Part shown: piece by piece, positions 1 to 10,460 of the stretch | How the letters are laid out: the number at the start of each line of letters is the position of its first letter | How positions within the stretch are numbered: the stretch's first letter is position 1 | Assembly: GCF_001194135.2 (NCBI RefSeq) | Contig: NC_068993.1 | Coordinates: 53,731,398 to 53,777,850 of the forward strand | Length of the DNA stretch: 46,453 nt | Reading direction: 5' to 3' | From: Octopus bimaculoides | Lineage: Eukaryota | The notes under the pieces: generated by a model | The model's database searches: none | Told to the model about the DNA's origin: nothing | The model's input: only the letters and a program-made list of their open reading frames with translations | Position numbers and translations under genes: made by a program

Positions 1-137
1 GCTGGCAGAACCGTTAGCATGCTAGGCGAAATGCTTAGTGGTATTTCGCCTGCCGCTACACTTTGAGTTCAAATTCCACCGAGGGGTCGACTTTGCCTTT
101 CATCTTTTCGGCGTCGATAAATTAAGTACCAGTCGAG
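1..137 (+). mobile_element. tRNA-derived SINE, family A (Meta-domain-like core), cut by window edge
   Basis: B-box GAGTTCAAATTCC followed by GTCGACTTTGCCTTTCATC-TTTCGG-GTCGATAAATTAAGTACCAG; the same motif recurs more than 10 times in the window. Confidence 0.85.
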
Positions 138-867
138 TATATATAATTTTACATTTTACATTAACACACAGAGTATAAATAAAAGAATGCGTAACTCGTA
201 ATATAAAACTGTAACAAAAATATTTGATTTGCGATAAACAAATATACAATATATGTCAAACAGAAAAAGAAACCTGATTTAGTAATTGTTTAAAAGTACA
301 GTTAAAATATTCTCTTGAAAACAAAGTCAAGCTAACCTATTAAAATAATACATAATATTTTCTTATATCTTCTCCGGATACGATCGTGTTTATAACGGTC
401 AGGCCTTCACAAAAATATATGAACATGTGATGCTTCATTAGCTGGGTAACAGACAAAAATGTACAAAAAGTTTGCTGTTTGTATAAGCGCGATCTAGACC
501 GCCGGCGATACGTACAAAAGGCTGAATGATCATTTTAAGTATTTTCTGTATCTTTTTCAGACAACATATATACATAGAAAGGCACAATGAAAGTGTTTTA
601 CGGCATATCATATGCCAACACGTGTTTCTGTTATGGAAGCGCTTTAGGATCCACTGATGCAATAATAAACTCTGGAATTTAATGTGAAATTCTTTGATAC
701 GAACTAATCGAATTGGCGAACGACTTTAGTTGTTTGATCTGCACGGTTCCTAATGATTCCTACTGGTCGATATAGTTAGCCAAGTTTGAGTTATAACAGA
801 GAGCATATTATGTGTATACCCAGATTTTGTAATCCCAAACGTTTTGTGAATTTTAGAATTGGTATAT

Positions 868-877
868 TATATATGTG

Positions 878-944
<67 letters not shown>

Positions 945-1090
945 ACCACAGGCTTCTTCCAGTTTCTATCTACCAAATCCATTCATAAGACTTTGGATGG
1001 TCCGAAGCTATTGTGCCACGGAGTGGGATTGAACTCGGAACCATGTGGTTGGGAACCAAACTTCTTGTCACACAGCCATGTCTACGCATT
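868..1090 (-). mobile_element. CORE-type tRNA SINE, family B (OR-like), 5' half with (TA)n/(TG)n tract
   Basis: Matches the head half of the near-full copy at 15432-15868 (GGCTTCTTCCAGTTTC..CTACCAAATCC; GGAACCATGTGGTTGG). Confidence 0.75.
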
Positions 1091-1243
1091 ATCTTGTAGC
1101 TTCAAAATTTTGATGATGTGATTGCATATTTTTTAAAATGACATTGTAGGGTAGGTGTGAGAGGTCTGATCCGCCCGGTTTGAACATAGAGCAGACAGAA
1201 AATTTGGCCCAGGTACGGCTCGTTTAGATGTTAAAAGGGTTAA
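1088..1243. mobile_element. possible piggyBac-like DNA transposon end
   Basis: Ends in AAAAGGG-TTAA (reverse complement TTAA-CCCTTTT), the usual piggyBac terminus plus target site; the partner end was not found. Confidence 0.3.
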
Positions 1244-1884
1244 GCCCGTGGCAGCCATCTCAAGATGTGTGCTAGACGGAAGTGTCTCATATGTGTCGTT
1301 CGTGTCTAGGTGTGTGGATGAAGGTTGCGCTTAGTCTGCCGTCACTGCATATATGCATCTGTGCGGAAGTGCTGCCTGATTCGCATCTAGGCGTGGGTTG
1401 TCGACGGTCGTGTTTACTGAACGTTTAGACGTGTGTGACTGACATTATTCATAAATCTTCTTCTATTACACAGCAGTGTTTAAGTGTGTGCATAGATAAC
1501 ACGATAAAAACCCAAATGACTACATGAATGAAGAATTAACGGAGTACAAATCCATATTCGCTTACTAATTACATCGACTTACTGAATGACTGCTGCTGCT
1601 TCTACAACAACAACTACTACTACTACTATTGCTGCTGCTGCTGCTACTGCTATTGCTGCCGCCGCAGCTGCTTAGCTGGCCGAAACTTCGAAGTCACTAT
1701 CAGTACTTATTCTTGATCAAAAAATAATGAATTTATGCTCGACAAAAAGTATTGAATACTCTTTCAGTTTAATGTGAAATGGATTTCTTTTTTTTATTTA
1801 TATTATTATTATAACTTGACATAAAATCAAACATTAGCATGTGCGTGTGTGCGTGCGTGCGTGCGTGCGTGCGTGTGGGTGGGG

Positions 1885-2063
1885 ATGGGGGTGGCGGGGT
1901 CCACGGGCGACGGGGTTTCGCAAAAGTTTCATGTGGACTGAGTGGATCAACGTGAAATGGAGTGTTTTGCTCAAGGAAACAACGCGTAGCAGACCTGGGA
2001 ATCGAAACCACGATATCGCGATCTGACCACTAGGCCACGTTTGACAACTAGGCCACGCGCCTT
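1885..2063 (-). mobile_element. tRNA-derived SINE, family D, 5' part
   Basis: Minus strand reads AGGCGCGTGGCCTAGT..GGTTTCGATTCCCAGG..CTTGAGCAAAACACT..TTTCACGTTG, matching 37649-37890; the A-box segment ACTAGGCCACG is tandemly duplicated. Confidence 0.75.
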
Positions 2064-2121
2064 CATACACAGAAAATGCATTCGTATTTACACCGGCAAG
2101 CGCTCTCTCACCCTCTCTCGA

Positions 2122-2161
<40 letters not shown>

Positions 2162-2597
2162 AACACATACATACACACAAACTAAACACATACACACATA
2201 TACTCGCACACATTTATACTCACGAATTTCGAAGTCTAACACGCGCACGTATACGCGTACGTATTAGCGAGCATGTGTGCAGAGAAACTGGACAACTCGC
2301 GCAGAACCAGACATACACTGACACAAAACGCAACACATAAAACATATGCAACAAGAGGGAAATTAGAGGAGAAGAGAGAGTGAGGGTGGTAAATAATGAA
2401 TGAGGAGGCCCGTCGGATCAGATGTACATTTGTTGAATGTACGAGAAGACAGATGGCAAATAAGGATTGTACAGCAAAAAAGCACGCACGTATTTACATA
2501 TTTTCGTAGGCATGAAATATGTGCGTAAGATACATGTTCACACACATCCAAATAGGAAGCGAAAGAAAGGAAGAATATATCGTATGCAGATATATAT

Positions 2598-2700
2598 TTT
2601 TTATTCTTTACTTGTTTCAGTCACTAGATTGCGACCAAGCTGGGGCACCGCCTTGAAGAATTTTAATTGAATGAATCGGGCCCCAAAAAAGAAGAATTTA
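2598..2700 (-). mobile_element. SINE family B 3' tail fragment
   Basis: TTTACTTGTTTCAGTCA..GGGGCACCGCCTTGAAG matches the tails at 15432, 32110 and 36633. Confidence 0.7.
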
Positions 2701-3295
2701 ATCGAATGAATCGCCTCCCACCCCACAAAAAAAAACCCTGAAAAACCACTTTGTAGATGACCTGGATGAATTTTAAAAAGACAAGGCTTGTGATTTTGTA
2801 TTGTACACATGGATAATGGAGCCCCTGAACATGTTTTCGAACACTGAGAATGTACAGNNNNNNNNNNNNNNNNNNNNNNNNNNNNNNNNNNNNNNNNNNN
2901 NNNNNNNNNNNNNNNNNNNNNNNNNNNNNNNNNNNNNNNNNNNNNNNNNNNNNNNNNNNNNNNNNNNNNNNNNNNNNNNNNNNNNNNNNNNNNNNNNNNN
3001 NNNNNNNNNNNNNNNNNNNNNNNNNNNNNNNNNNNNNNNNNNNNNNNNNNNNNNNNNNNNNNNNNNNNNNNNNNNNNNNNNNNNNNNNNNNNNNNNNNNN
3101 NNNNNNNNNNNNNNNNNNNNNNNNNNNNNNNNNNNNNNNNNNNNNNNNNNNNNNNNNNNNNNNNNNNNNNNNNNNNNNNNNNNNNNNNNNNNNNNNNNNN
3201 NNNNNNNNNNNNNAAAAAAAAAAAAAAAACAAGGGAGAGATCAACTTCTTGGTGCAAACTGTTTATGCGGTGAATACGGACGTCCAGTTTCCTAC

Positions 3296-3380
3296 CGTAG
3301 CCTCAGGCTGATCAATGCCTTATGAGTGAGATTTAGGTGGAAACTGCAAGGAAACCCATCAAGCGTGTGTTTGTTTGTGC
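3296..3380 (+). mobile_element. SINE family B core fragment (degenerate)
   Basis: AGCCTCAGGCTGATCAATGCCTTATGAGTG..GGAAACTG resembles the family B core. Confidence 0.5.
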
Positions 3381-3409
3381 ATGTGTATACTTACACACCC
3401 CACTCGAAC

Positions 3410-3520
3410 GAGCGTCGAGAAAGTGATTTGCAGTATTTAGTTACGGACTTTTAGTTCTGAGTTCAAATAGCACTAAGGGAAGCTTTGCTTTTCGTCCTTT
3501 CCGGGACATACGAATTAAAG
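3410..3520 (+). mobile_element. SINE family A, highly degenerate
   Basis: TTCTGAGTTCAAAT..CTTTGCTTTTCGTCCTTTCCGGG. Confidence 0.45.
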
Positions 3521-4111
3521 TTGCAGTCCGGAACAAGGTTGACTATATCTTCCTCTTAAGTTTCATGCTTTGTGTCTATGTAAGATATCGATATTTAATC
3601 CTGACCACGTTATATATCCCGAAGGCATTACATAGACATATCAATCAGTTAAAATAACGGAGGTTGTGTTGTAGGCAGGAGAGAGAGAGAGGGGGGACAT
3701 CCTCCCCTCTTCCATCTTTCCCAGTCATCAACCAGCCTCATGTTTGCCGCCATGCTCCTCCCTATCCATTCCTTAATGTTGTTTAACCACCCACTTAGTG
3801 ATCATATTCCTTTCCTACTGAGAATTTGTCCATGCATGACTCTCTTCGTTAGATATAGGGGTGAGAAGATATCGTGTTTCATGAGCGAACTACTTCATTT
3901 TCCGCCTTTTGACAATTGTCAGGAGGGTTTCATGGTTTGCAGTCATTTCTAAAATTTATTTCCTTACACTCTCAATTAATTCGATGTTCTTAAATGGAAT
4001 GCGAAGCGTCTTTCTATAAAATTTCCTTTTCTGTATGTATTCGAGGAAACAGACTAAAAAGGCTTGGTGAAAGAACACACACTTGTGGAACACCAAACTA
4101 TTGTTTTAAAC

Positions 4112-4290
4112 CATTGGATCTCAACCGGTGTCCATAGGGGCCTTGAGGGTTCATATAAGATTTTTTGTTAAATTTATCTGCAATAAATTAATTATACTTC
4201 CATGATGCATAAAATACTTTAACAATTTCTTAATACAGTTTCGAATAATATTTAAGAATAAAAATATATTCTAAACATCGAATGGCTATA
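4112..4290 (+). mobile_element. hAT-like non-autonomous DNA transposon fragment
   Basis: Similar over about 170 bp to 6675-6800 plus 7210-7268, which starts CAGTGATTCTCAACC (Charlie/hAT-type end). Confidence 0.5.
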
Positions 4291-4297
4291 TTTAATA

Positions 4298-4600
4298 ACT
4301 AGCTGACGTACCCGGTAATTCCCTGGAAAGCGGGGCTTATCCCTTGGTTCCGTTCTGATAACTGTTTCACTAATCCAATAACAACAATACAAAGTATGTA
4401 GTCTTTAAAACAGTTTTCTGCATTTACAGAGAACAGCGAACTGTCTTACACAGGATCTTGTTTTTAGGAATTCCCAATAAGTTATGAATACCGAAATTGT
4501 GAAGTCAGTTAAGTAATAACAGGAAAATAGTTGCTCAATGACACAACGCTCTTTTCATTCCATGTACTGACCTTCTGACATTATGATTGTTAGCCGAACA
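4298..4600 (+). mobile_element. possible Helitron/Helentron-derived non-autonomous element (HINE-like 5' end)
   Basis: Starts ACTAGCTGACGTACCCGG, similar to ACTAAAAATGAACCCG at 42578; family call is from recalled 5' end motifs only. Confidence 0.3.
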
Positions 4601-4602
4601 CC

Positions 4603-5253
4603 GAATCTATTTTAAAATGGGGGCGCCAGTATTTTCTTAACGAAACACTAACGAAACACTTTGAAACTTGGGACACTGGTAGAATGTGTCATATAAAACA
4701 TCTTTTACTCTTAGTCTTCTTAACAAAAAAAAAAAGGAATTCGCAAGTTATTCCATGTTAAAGTTGTCGTATTTCTGTAATTTCAACCAATCACTGACGT
4801 CTATTCAGCTCGGTCATAAAAATGTTATTCCCTGTGACATATTTCATCCGGTTTAATCGTAATTTATACGCACATATTGTTTATATAATAAATTACGCTG
4901 TGCGTATCTATGAGTGTAACAATTTTAGAGTTCGGATTCTAGAGTTAGGGTTAGTTTTAGGGTTAGGGTTATGGTTACGGTTACGGTTAACAGTCTAGTT
5001 AGGGTTAGGGTTAGGGGATTAATACGATATACACCGTTACAGCGCTAACTGTTTTCAACTGAATAGACGTCAGTGATTAGTAGAAATTATCGAAATAAGA
5101 CAATTTTTTACATGAAATAAATTCGAATACAAACATATTTTTCTGTTCTATAACACAAAATAGATAAGTATACGAAGTTTGAAAGTCTTTCCGTACCAAA
5201 AACACTACATAAAACATAAATGAAAACTGGCGCCCCCGTTTTAAAATAGATCC
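4603..5253. mobile_element. MITE with ~28-bp TIRs, 8-bp TSD (CGAACACC) and internal TTAGGG-like tract
   Basis: ATCTATTTTAAAATGGGGGCGCCAGT (4605-4630) vs ACTGGCGCCCCCGTTTTAAAATAGAT (5226-5251), 25/26 complementary; CGAACACC at 4595-4602 and 5254-5261; second internal inverted repeat near 4790-4808 and 5057-5080. Confidence 0.9.
4924..5017 (+). repeat. degenerate telomere-like (TTAGGG)n tract
   Basis: Several perfect TTAGGG units plus TTAGAG, TTATGG and TTACGG variants. Confidence 0.85.
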
Positions 5254-5330
5254 CGAACACCTTATCCACTAGGCTACACGACAATAACATGTTAATTGCT
5301 TTAACACTTTAATATCTACTACCTCTACGA

Positions 5331-5545
5331 GAGCGGTGATCTGGCAGAATCATTGCCACGCCGGACAAAATGCTTAGCAATATTTCTTTCTACGTTACGC
5401 TCTGAAATCAAATGCCGCCGGGGTCATCTCTGCCTTTCACCCTTTCGGGGTTGACAAAATAAGTACCAGTTGAACACTGGGATCGATGTAATCGACTTAG
5501 CTCCTCTCCTGAAATTGCTGGCCTTGTGCCAAAATTTGAAACCAG
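5331..5545 (+). mobile_element. SINE family A, near full length
   Basis: tRNA-like head, core GCCTTTCACCCTTTCGGGGTTGACAAAATAAGTACCAG, tail CCTTGTGCCAAAATTTGAAACC. Confidence 0.85.
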
Positions 5546-6077
5546 TAACTACCTCTAAGATGTGGTTTTACTGTTCTTTGTCGTAATCGCTCCATCGTTT
5601 GCTCTGGTAAGTATTTGCTATACAGTAGGTCTGTATACTGAGGAGAAGAAGTGGGGGGTCAGACTTCTACTTGAAACCATATAATGCTTAGTTTCTGTGT
5701 GTCAACGAATCAAACTCTTTCTACATAAACATATAACTACATTGCACATAGATGTGTTTCTATATTTGTGAGAGTGTTGATCGATATGAGCAGCAGTTTT
5801 ATGCTTCTGTTGAGGTGTATTTGTAGCATAAGTGACAGTTGATGTTATATAGCCGTAGGTCTATTCTGATTAACTAGACCTATGTTCAAAAGCTTTTCAG
5901 ATGTGATCATCTCGTTGTTTTTTATATCAAGGACTACACTCTCTGATCTGTGCTTTCTTTATTTAAGACGTTATAGCAGAACGGGGAATTTGAAGAATTT
6001 GGCCGCTATATTTAGGGGTCAAGTAACTGAGTACATGAAGTCCTTCGTCGGATTATAATTAGTAGGAAACGGCTTGA

Positions 6078-6146
<69 letters not shown>
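6078..6146 (+). repeat. (TAG)n microsatellite
   Basis: Perfect trinucleotide run. Confidence 0.95.
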
Positions 6147-6148
<2 letters not shown>

Positions 6149-6674
6149 TAGCTGTAGCGGTGTCTGCAGTCTGTAATTGCGATGGAGATGTGGACAGCAG
6201 TGGTGGTAGTAGGGCATTAGTTAGCGGGAGGGGTTTAAGAAAAAGGAAAAGGAAAAGTAAAAGAGAAGGGGAAAAGCAAGCTATGTCAATCATTTCAACC
6301 ACGAAGTTATCACAAGAGACTTCAGAGTTTCGACAATACCAATACGTTAGTTACGTTCAGCTACCAACCTCCCTCAGTCGGCTGCTTACTGGGTAGTCAA
6401 ACGAAACAGGGAAACTGGAAGAGGTAGGATAAAAATGGCTTGACACATACTAAGCGTTGAAAATGTTTAGCACATGATGAGATGAAACACTTTCATAGAA
6501 ATATCTGGTCAAGTTGAGATTATTTCAACGACACATGACTACTTATCGAAGAAGTTACCAGAAGAAACAAAAACCTTCGGATGGAAATCTGTATTCTGTC
6601 TGTCGTCTGCTTTCTTCAAGCTACACCACCACTACTACCACGCATATTTGCCAAATGCCAAAATACCTCTCGAC

Positions 6675-7268
6675 CAGTGATTCTCAACCGGAGTCTATAT
6701 GGCCCTTGGGGTTCCATATAAGATTTTGTCGTCAAAATTTATCTGCAATAAATTTGTTTTACTTCTACAATATGTAAAATATTTTAACAAATTTTTACAC
6801 AATTCCTAATGATATAGTTCTATATTTAATAGATGAGGAATTATGTACATTATTTACATTATTTACATTTGACAGATATTTGTCCTCATCTTGTTTGTTG
6901 TTAACACAACGTTTCGGCTGATATACCCTCCAGCCTTTATCAGGCGTCTTGGGGAAATTTCGAACTTGGATTCTCATTCCTAAGGTATTTTTCGACGTTA
7001 TTATTATTATTATTATTGACTGAAACAAGCAAAGAGTATTATTATTATCATTATTATTATCATTATTATTATTCAGGTCACTTCCAGGAATCGAACTCGG
7101 AATCTTGGGATTAGTAGCCCGCGCTCTTAACCACTACGCCATATGCAACAAACAAGATGAGGACAAATATCTGTCGAATGTAAATAATGTAAATAATGTT
7201 AATAACGTACAATTCCTAATGATATTTAGCTAAAAAGATAAAATAGGATTTTCTAAACATCGAATGAA
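6675..7268 (+). mobile_element. hAT-like non-autonomous element interrupted by the insertion at 6835-7217
   Basis: Starts CAGTGATTCTCAACC; both 6675-6800 and 7210-7268 align with the uninterrupted copy at 4112-4290; CAATTCCTAATGATAT occurs on both sides of the insertion. Confidence 0.55.
6835..7217 (-). mobile_element. tRNA-headed element with hammerhead-like core and inverted terminal tail (Penelope-associated SINE candidate)
   Basis: Inverted repeat of about 65 bp (6835-6900 vs 7146-7217); Pol III A-box TGGCGTAGTGG and B-box GAGTTCGATTCC on the minus strand at 7085-7142; CTGATAA-A-GGCTG-loop-CAGCC-GAAAC at 6943-6911. Confidence 0.7.
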
Positions 7269-7323
7269 TAAAACAGGAATCAGCTGAGTAAAACAGGAAT
7301 CAGCTGAGTAAAACAGGAATCAA
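7269..7323 (+). repeat. 20-bp tandem repeat (TAAAACAGGAATCAGCTGAG), about 2.7 copies
   Basis: Direct read of the sequence. Confidence 0.9.
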
Positions 7324-7388
7324 AATGGCCTATAAAAAAAAATGGCCGAGAAACATTGCATTAACGTCTCAAATCAGACTTTCTGCTG

Positions 7389-7586
7389 AGGCGCAGGCGT
7401 GGCTATGTGTAAAGAAGTTTGCTTCTCAACCACATGGCATCTTGGGCAAGTGTCTTCTAATATAGAGGCGGGCCGAGCAAAGCCTTGAGGGTGGATTTGG
7501 TAGACGGAAACTGAAAGTTGCTCGTGGGGTATATATTCTTTTACTTGTTTCAGTCATTTGACTGTGGCCATGTTGGAGATCCGCCG
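7389..7586. mobile_element. SINE family B head (+) fused to a family B tail (-)
   Basis: 7389-7535: GAGGCGCAGGCGTGGCT..CTTGGGCAAGTGTCTTC..GGAAACTGAAAG; 7533-7586: TTCTTTTACTTGTTTCAGTCATTTGACTGTGGCCATG. Confidence 0.75.
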
Positions 7587-8320
7587 TGTGTTTTAACCAG
7601 ATATGTATACGATATATCTTTTTTTTATATTCTTAAAGATTTCCGATTGCATAAAAAGCTAATAAATATCAATAAGTGAGAATCTAGTCAAGAAAAAAAA
7701 GACACACACACACACAAAAAGAGAAAACTGCTGAACAGATATTTTTTCTTGCTGTGCCGCCTACACACTGAATTTACGCAATGGATATTTTTTTCTTACC
7801 AAGAAATTGCCAACTTTTCAGTGTTGAGTATAAAGAAAATTAAGATATATGCTTGGCGACCTCTTTACCAGCTTCAAGAAATAATTCACTCAGAACTTGG
7901 AAACTAAAAAGAATTGGGACGATCAAACACATCTCGCATAATATCTTCAGCTTATTAACAAATCTTAAAAAGCAGTCATCCTTCTCAAGTGTTGACTCAG
8001 TAGTAAAAAAAAGAAAAAAAGACCATAGAAATACAGGAAGAAAGAAAGAAAGAAAGAAAGAGATAAAGAAATCTGCAAAGCAGGAAAATGTATCTTTTAA
8101 CATCATCCCACACTGATTTCACCCGACTTAATGGTTTAAATAGATCATAAACATCGATTTATTGACTTCAGCAGAATCATTATTTTCTCTATACGCCTCA
8201 ATCAATTCACAACCATCATTGAAGCATGCGGTCTTTTCTTTATTTATTGCTAAATATTTTTCTAATGTTGCTTTTATAAAATTCTTCTTGGCGATTATTA
8301 TTCTCTTTTTATTTACTTAC

Positions 8321-8370
8321 CAGAATTGAAGTGTTTCCTACTTTGTTGCTGAATCAAAGACCGTAAGTAA
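8321..8370 (-). CDS. candidate 50-bp internal exon (YLRSLIQQQSRKHFNS), gene unknown
   Basis: Minus-strand acceptor TTTGTTTGTCTGTCTGTTGTAG and donor CTG|GTAAGT, one open frame; no recognised homology and no linked exons. Confidence 0.2.
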
Positions 8371-8675
8371 CTACAACAGACAGACAAACAAATATGTGTG
8401 TGTGTGTGTGTGTGTGAAACAATCGATTTGGTGATTGATTGAATGATGTACAGGTACTGACATTGTGAAGTGAGAATCATAGATAAAACTTAAAACACAT
8501 ACTGACTGTTAGACAGATTGATTTAGCTATTGATCCATCGAATGATGGATAGATTAACTGGTGAGATACAGAGAAAAGGAAACAGATACAAACATGAATG
8601 TGTACGTGTGTGTGTTTGTGTCTATCTATAAATGTGTATGAATGTGTATATGCCTATGTATAAATCTATATCTGG

Positions 8676-8727
<52 letters not shown>

Positions 8728-8771
8728 TATTGGAGATATTTCGTATTTCTTTGTCAGTCTTCAATATTTCT

Positions 8772-8986
8772 GGCAGTGCTGGCAGAAACGTTAGGACGTC
8801 GGACAAAATGCATAGCGGCTTTCGTCCGTCTTCACGTTCTGAGTTCAAATTCCGTCGAGGTCGACTTTCCCTTTCATCCTTTCGGGGTCGATAAGATAAG
8901 TACCAGTTGAGCACTGGTGTCGAGGTAATCGACTTACTCTTTCCTCCCGATTTGCTGGTCTTGTACCAAAATTTTAAGTCAATATT
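8772..8986 (+). mobile_element. SINE family A, near full length
   Basis: GAGTTCAAATTCC, core CTTTCATCCTTTCGGGGTCGATAAGATAAGTACCAG, tail CTTGTACCAAAATTTT. Confidence 0.9.
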
Positions 8987-9669
8987 CAGTTTGGAATAAT
9001 AACATTCCTAAGTCCATTAACATTTCAACAGCTTCTTGACCCCATATTCTGAATGGAAGGATTTACAGTTGCACGTTCTCGACGCGTTTTGCAGTAAGAA
9101 GTAATTGCTCATGGAAATGATGTAACTGATAAAAATCATCATCGCCAGATTGACAAGAATCTCTGTTTCGCATATAAAACATGAACTTAATGTAGTACTT
9201 AGCTTCCTTTATATATAGCCCAAATATATATATATATATATATATACACATATCTAATAAGATACATCATTTGTTTTGACATCTCTCGTCTATGCTAATA
9301 AAAACAGGGTACTCAACGCAATATATACAAACATTTACAAACAAACATTTGGAGCGTAATGTATAGGATTCGCTATGCAAAAGCATAGTGTAATTGTAAA
9401 TCAACGAACGGCATACATACATATGTAAACGTNNNNNNNNNNNNNNNNNNNNNNNNNNNNNNNNNNNNNNNNNNNNNNNNNNNNNNNNNNNNNNNNNNNN
9501 NNNNNNNNNNNNNNNNNNNNNNNNNNNNNNNNNNNNNNNNNNNNNNNNNNNNNNNNNNNNNNNNNNNNNNNNNNNNNNNNNNNNNNNNNNNNNNNNNNNN
9601 NNNNNNNNNNNNNNNNNNNNNNNNNNNNNNNNNNNNNNNNNNNNNNNNNNNNNNNNNNNNNNNNNNNNN

Positions 9670-9702
<33 letters not shown>

Positions 9703-9819
9703 TATACACTCATATATACAATATACATGCATACGTGCGTGTGTGTGTATGTATGTATGTATGTATGTGTGTGTGTGTGTGTGTGTGCGCGCGCACGTGC
9801 GTGAGTGTATTAAAAAACT

Positions 9820-10460
9820 GAAAGTAAAGTCGAAGTCGTTACGCTTCTGAGAAAAGGAATTGTTATCAACGTTTCGGAAAATTTTCCAAAACGTCTGCCG
9901 GCATTTATCGAAGCAACGAAGTCTTTTAAAAACATTGGATCTTCTATCTGGATAATTTACAGAATTGTTGTTTTCTAATATGAACCTGTTCCCAGCTAAA
10001 GATAAATTCTTCTTGTCTCTGTGTCTACGTATGATATGTTGCTGAAGTAATGTTGCTTCAATCTCCTTTCCACCAGGCCTATATATAGATCTATACATAG
10101 GCGCGTGTGGTTTGATCTAATAAAGTTCATTTCTGCTTCATGTATTATCACCTCTACATCTCATGACAGGTTGAATGAGCATGCATTAGTGTTTCTGTAT
10201 GAGCAACCAGTCTCTAATAATTTTTTTGGCTTGCTTATTAAAAGTTTTAACGTTAGGCGTCCGGTTACAAATCACTTTTTAGATTAATGTGGTTGAATTG
10301 TTTCCTGTCAAAGAAGTTATCAGGGAAATGCTTATCTGTTAGGTTTAGAAAACTGTTAGCAATATTTGATTTAATTTGTAAGGAAAATGAGGATATAAAC
10401 ATGAACTTCTTGTGTTTACTCTTAATATGGAAAGACAAGGGCTTAGCAGTATAAGTCATC
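9820..10460 (-). mobile_element. Penelope-like element remnant (linker plus GIY-YIG endonuclease), frameshifted
   Basis: Minus-strand pieces FSLQIKSNIANSFLNLTDKHFP, TPNVKTFNKQAKKI, GCSYRNTNAC, LYIGLVERRLKQHY, RHRDKKN and SQKRND occur in the order expected for the PLE linker and GIY-YIG region. Confidence 0.6.

Noticed and set aside
1670-1700. GAAAC-TTCGAA-GTC resembling hammerhead stem III
   Set aside because: No upstream CUGANGA core.
4924-5017. True telomere or chromosome-fusion site
   Set aside because: The tract is short, degenerate, in one orientation only, and enclosed by transposon TIRs and a TSD.
5560-5606. Hydrophobic VVLLFFVVIAPSFAL before a CTG|GTAAGT donor (signal-peptide-like)
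   Set aside because: No in-frame Met, a weak acceptor, and it lies immediately after a SINE.
7075-7146. Possible tRNA gene on the minus strand
   Set aside because: The boxes are good but there is no proper acceptor stem, and it is embedded in a repeat; treated as a SINE head.
7840-8116. Overlapping ORFs of 87-88 aa
   Set aside because: Partly (GAAA)n low complexity, no consistent splice phase, no recognisable domain.
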